64,000 nucleotides of DNA. Origin: Myxococcota bacterium (GTDB lineage: Bacteria > Myxococcota_A > UBA9160 > UBA6930). A program made the position numbers and the translations under genes. This document shows, piece after piece, positions 62,491-64,000 of the stretch. The notes below the pieces were generated by a model. It was not told the origin of the DNA. It did no database searches and saw only the letters and a list, made by a program, of their open reading frames with translations. The stretch covers positions 1,792,001 through 1,856,000 of the forward strand of contig OZ245015.1 of NCBI GenBank assembly GCA_965223705.1. Direction: 5' to 3'. The stretch's first letter is position 1; the number at the start of each line of letters is the position of its first letter.

Positions 62491-63998
62491 GCGTTCTCCC
62501 GGAGCGAGGCGAGCTTTTCATCGCAGAGCTTCAGCAGCTGTGGCGCTACCGACTCCCGCCCCGGAATCCGCTGGGAGATTCCGACGTGGCGCAGCAGCGT
62601 GAGACATTCGTGGAAACGCGCGCGCGACTTCGTTTTCGGGTCGACGCCGTAACCCCTCTCGAATCCTGAGCACACGGAAGCGAAGAGTCCGGGGCTACCG
62701 AATCGCCGCAGCCCCCACTCGATCAGATGGGCGGTGAAGTTTCCGAGATCGATCGCAGGGTCGCCGGCGCGGAATTGGTCGAGATCGAGGAGGATGACGC
62801 GCTCTCCGTCGAGCAGGATCTGGCCGGGATGGAAGTCGCGATGAAGCGTCGCGTGCGGGAGGGAGCCGTAACTCGGAGCCAACACCCACAGCGCATCAAC
62901 CAGCTCGCGCACGCGCTCCGGCGGCAGCTCGCGTCGCCCGTCGGCCAGCGAGAGCTGCGCACGCAACTCATCGAACGTGCTGTCGAGCGTTTGGCAGCGG
63001 TCGCCGCACGTGGCCTCCGCGTGAAAGCGCCGCAGCGCCGCACCGATCCGGCCAGCAGCGCTTTGCGCGCGGCTCGGTTGTCGGCGGTCGAAGAGAATCG
63101 TCTCCGCAGGAAGCCCGGGGACCGCCCGCTGCAGCGTCATGCCGCGCTCCGCCACGACACCGAGAGGCTCCGCGACCCCGATCGTGGGATCCCCGGACCA
63201 GCGCTCCCACAGCTGCCGCTGGAGCGTGTCGGTGCGAAGGTCTGGACCCCGTCGGTGCAACTTGCCGAACACGGCATCGGGTCGACCGTCAGCGTCCTGG
63301 GTGTCGTAGCGGACCACGGCGCGACGACCCATGCGATGTCGGACAACCCGCGCCTTCACGACGCGCGGTTCTTTGTGTCGCGTTGCGAGCGCGCGCTCGA
63401 CGGCTTGCGCTCCGAGATCGTTTCCCGCCGAGAGTGCGGCGTCATGGCTGACACCCCACGGATCGAGTGTTCGACACGGGGCGCACGCGGACCCGCTCTC
63501 GGAGAGTGTGAGAGCGCGCGAAACGCAGGCCGCCACATGGCCCGGCCAATCGGAGTGTCCCCGGCGAAACGCGCGAGTCGCCGTGAGCAGGAGTCCCAAC
63601 GCCGTCCACGCGCGGATTTCCGATGCGCGCGGCACGGACGCCCGGCCGGCGTAACCGGCGAGCAGGTGGGGCAGGACCTCAACCGCGGCCGGAGCCCGAT
63701 TCCCGTTGAGGAGCTGTCCCATCTCGAGATGCGCGGCGAACAGGCCGATGTCTTCCGCTGGGCGCCCGAGGCGCACCTGGTCGAAATCGATGAATCCAAT
63801 TCCTCGAGACGATAGGATCACCTGGCGGTCGTAGAAGTCGCCGTGGATCGGACCCGTTGGGCGACTCGACGCGAGTTGTCCGGCGATCCTCTCCGCGAGT
63901 TCACCCGCCCGCCTCGCCTCGCTCGGCAGAAGCCACGACACGGCGTGCACAGCTGTCGCGAGGCGCTCCTTCAGATCGAGCCCCGGGAGTCGAGTTAC
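62487..63998 (-). CDS. Tandem aminoglycoside-phosphotransferase-like kinase (5'-truncated by window edge)
   Basis: Two Brenner motifs, HGDFYDRQ...IDFD and HRDFHPGQ...LDLD; frame open to the edge. Confidence 0.82.
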   Translation of the reverse strand, partial: VTRLPGLDLKERLATAVHAVSWLLPSEARRAGELAERIAGQLASSRPTGPIHGDFYDRQVILSSRGIGFIDFDQVRLGRPAEDIGLFAAHLEMGQLLNGNRAPAAVEVLPHLLAGYAGRASVPRASEIRAWTALGLLLTATRAFRRGHSDWPGHVAACVSRALTLSESGSACAPCRTLDPWGVSHDAALSAGNDLGAQAVERALATRHKEPRVVKARVVRHRMGRRAVVRYDTQDADGRPDAVFGKLHRRGPDLRTDTLQRQLWERWSGDPTIGVAEPLGVVAERGMTLQRAVPGLPAETILFDRRQPSRAQSAAGRIGAALRRFHAEATCGDRCQTLDSTFDELRAQLSLADGRRELPPERVRELVDALWVLAPSYGSLPHATLHRDFHPGQILLDGERVILLDLDQFRAGDPAIDLGNFTAHLIEWGLRRFGSPGLFASVCSGFERGYGVDPKTKSRARFHECLTLLRHVGISQRIPGRESVAPQLLKLCDEKLASLRENA

Positions 63999-64000
63999 GG

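Overview
GC-rich (about two-thirds G+C by eye) bacterial chromosome segment; the gene order suggests a deltaproteobacterial/Myxococcota-like diderm (inference). 1-21.4 kb is core housekeeping (secA 3' end, argJ, rpsB-tsf-pyrH-frr-uppS-dxr-rseP-tsaB, ilvC-psd-pssA-leuA-leuB-asd-like-truA, rplM-rpsI, argC, NUDIX-pyrG). 21.4-31.3 kb holds an HxlR regulator/flavin hydroxylase pair and a storage-lipid locus: a PhaQ-like PadR regulator, a small PhaR/PhaE-like subunit, PhaC and a GNAT, divergent from a phasin-like gene, a lipase and WS/DGAT. 31.7-41.9 kb is a general-stress island (catalase, USP, CsbD, PRC-barrel, BON, Pmp3, ExoD, an unannotated metallothionein-like mini-gene), with at least nine sigma54-type -24/-12 motifs upstream of its genes. 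41.9-48.8 kb is a variable islet ending at tRNA-Val(CAC). It contains five copies or stubs of one membrane-anchored protein family around a decayed serine recombinase, plus an SRA-PD-(D/E)XK nuclease. 49-59.8 kb has a Tat/GMC oxidoreductase pair, a pentapeptide protein and a complete four-component soluble di-iron monooxygenase (propane-monooxygenase type, alpha-reductase-beta-coupling) with a dedicated GroEL, followed by an unusual ABC-ATPase/TM/DUF2061-like fusion. The window ends with a CaiB CoA-transferase, an alginate-export-type porin and a partial tandem phosphotransferase. All family calls come from motif recognition; no database searches were run.
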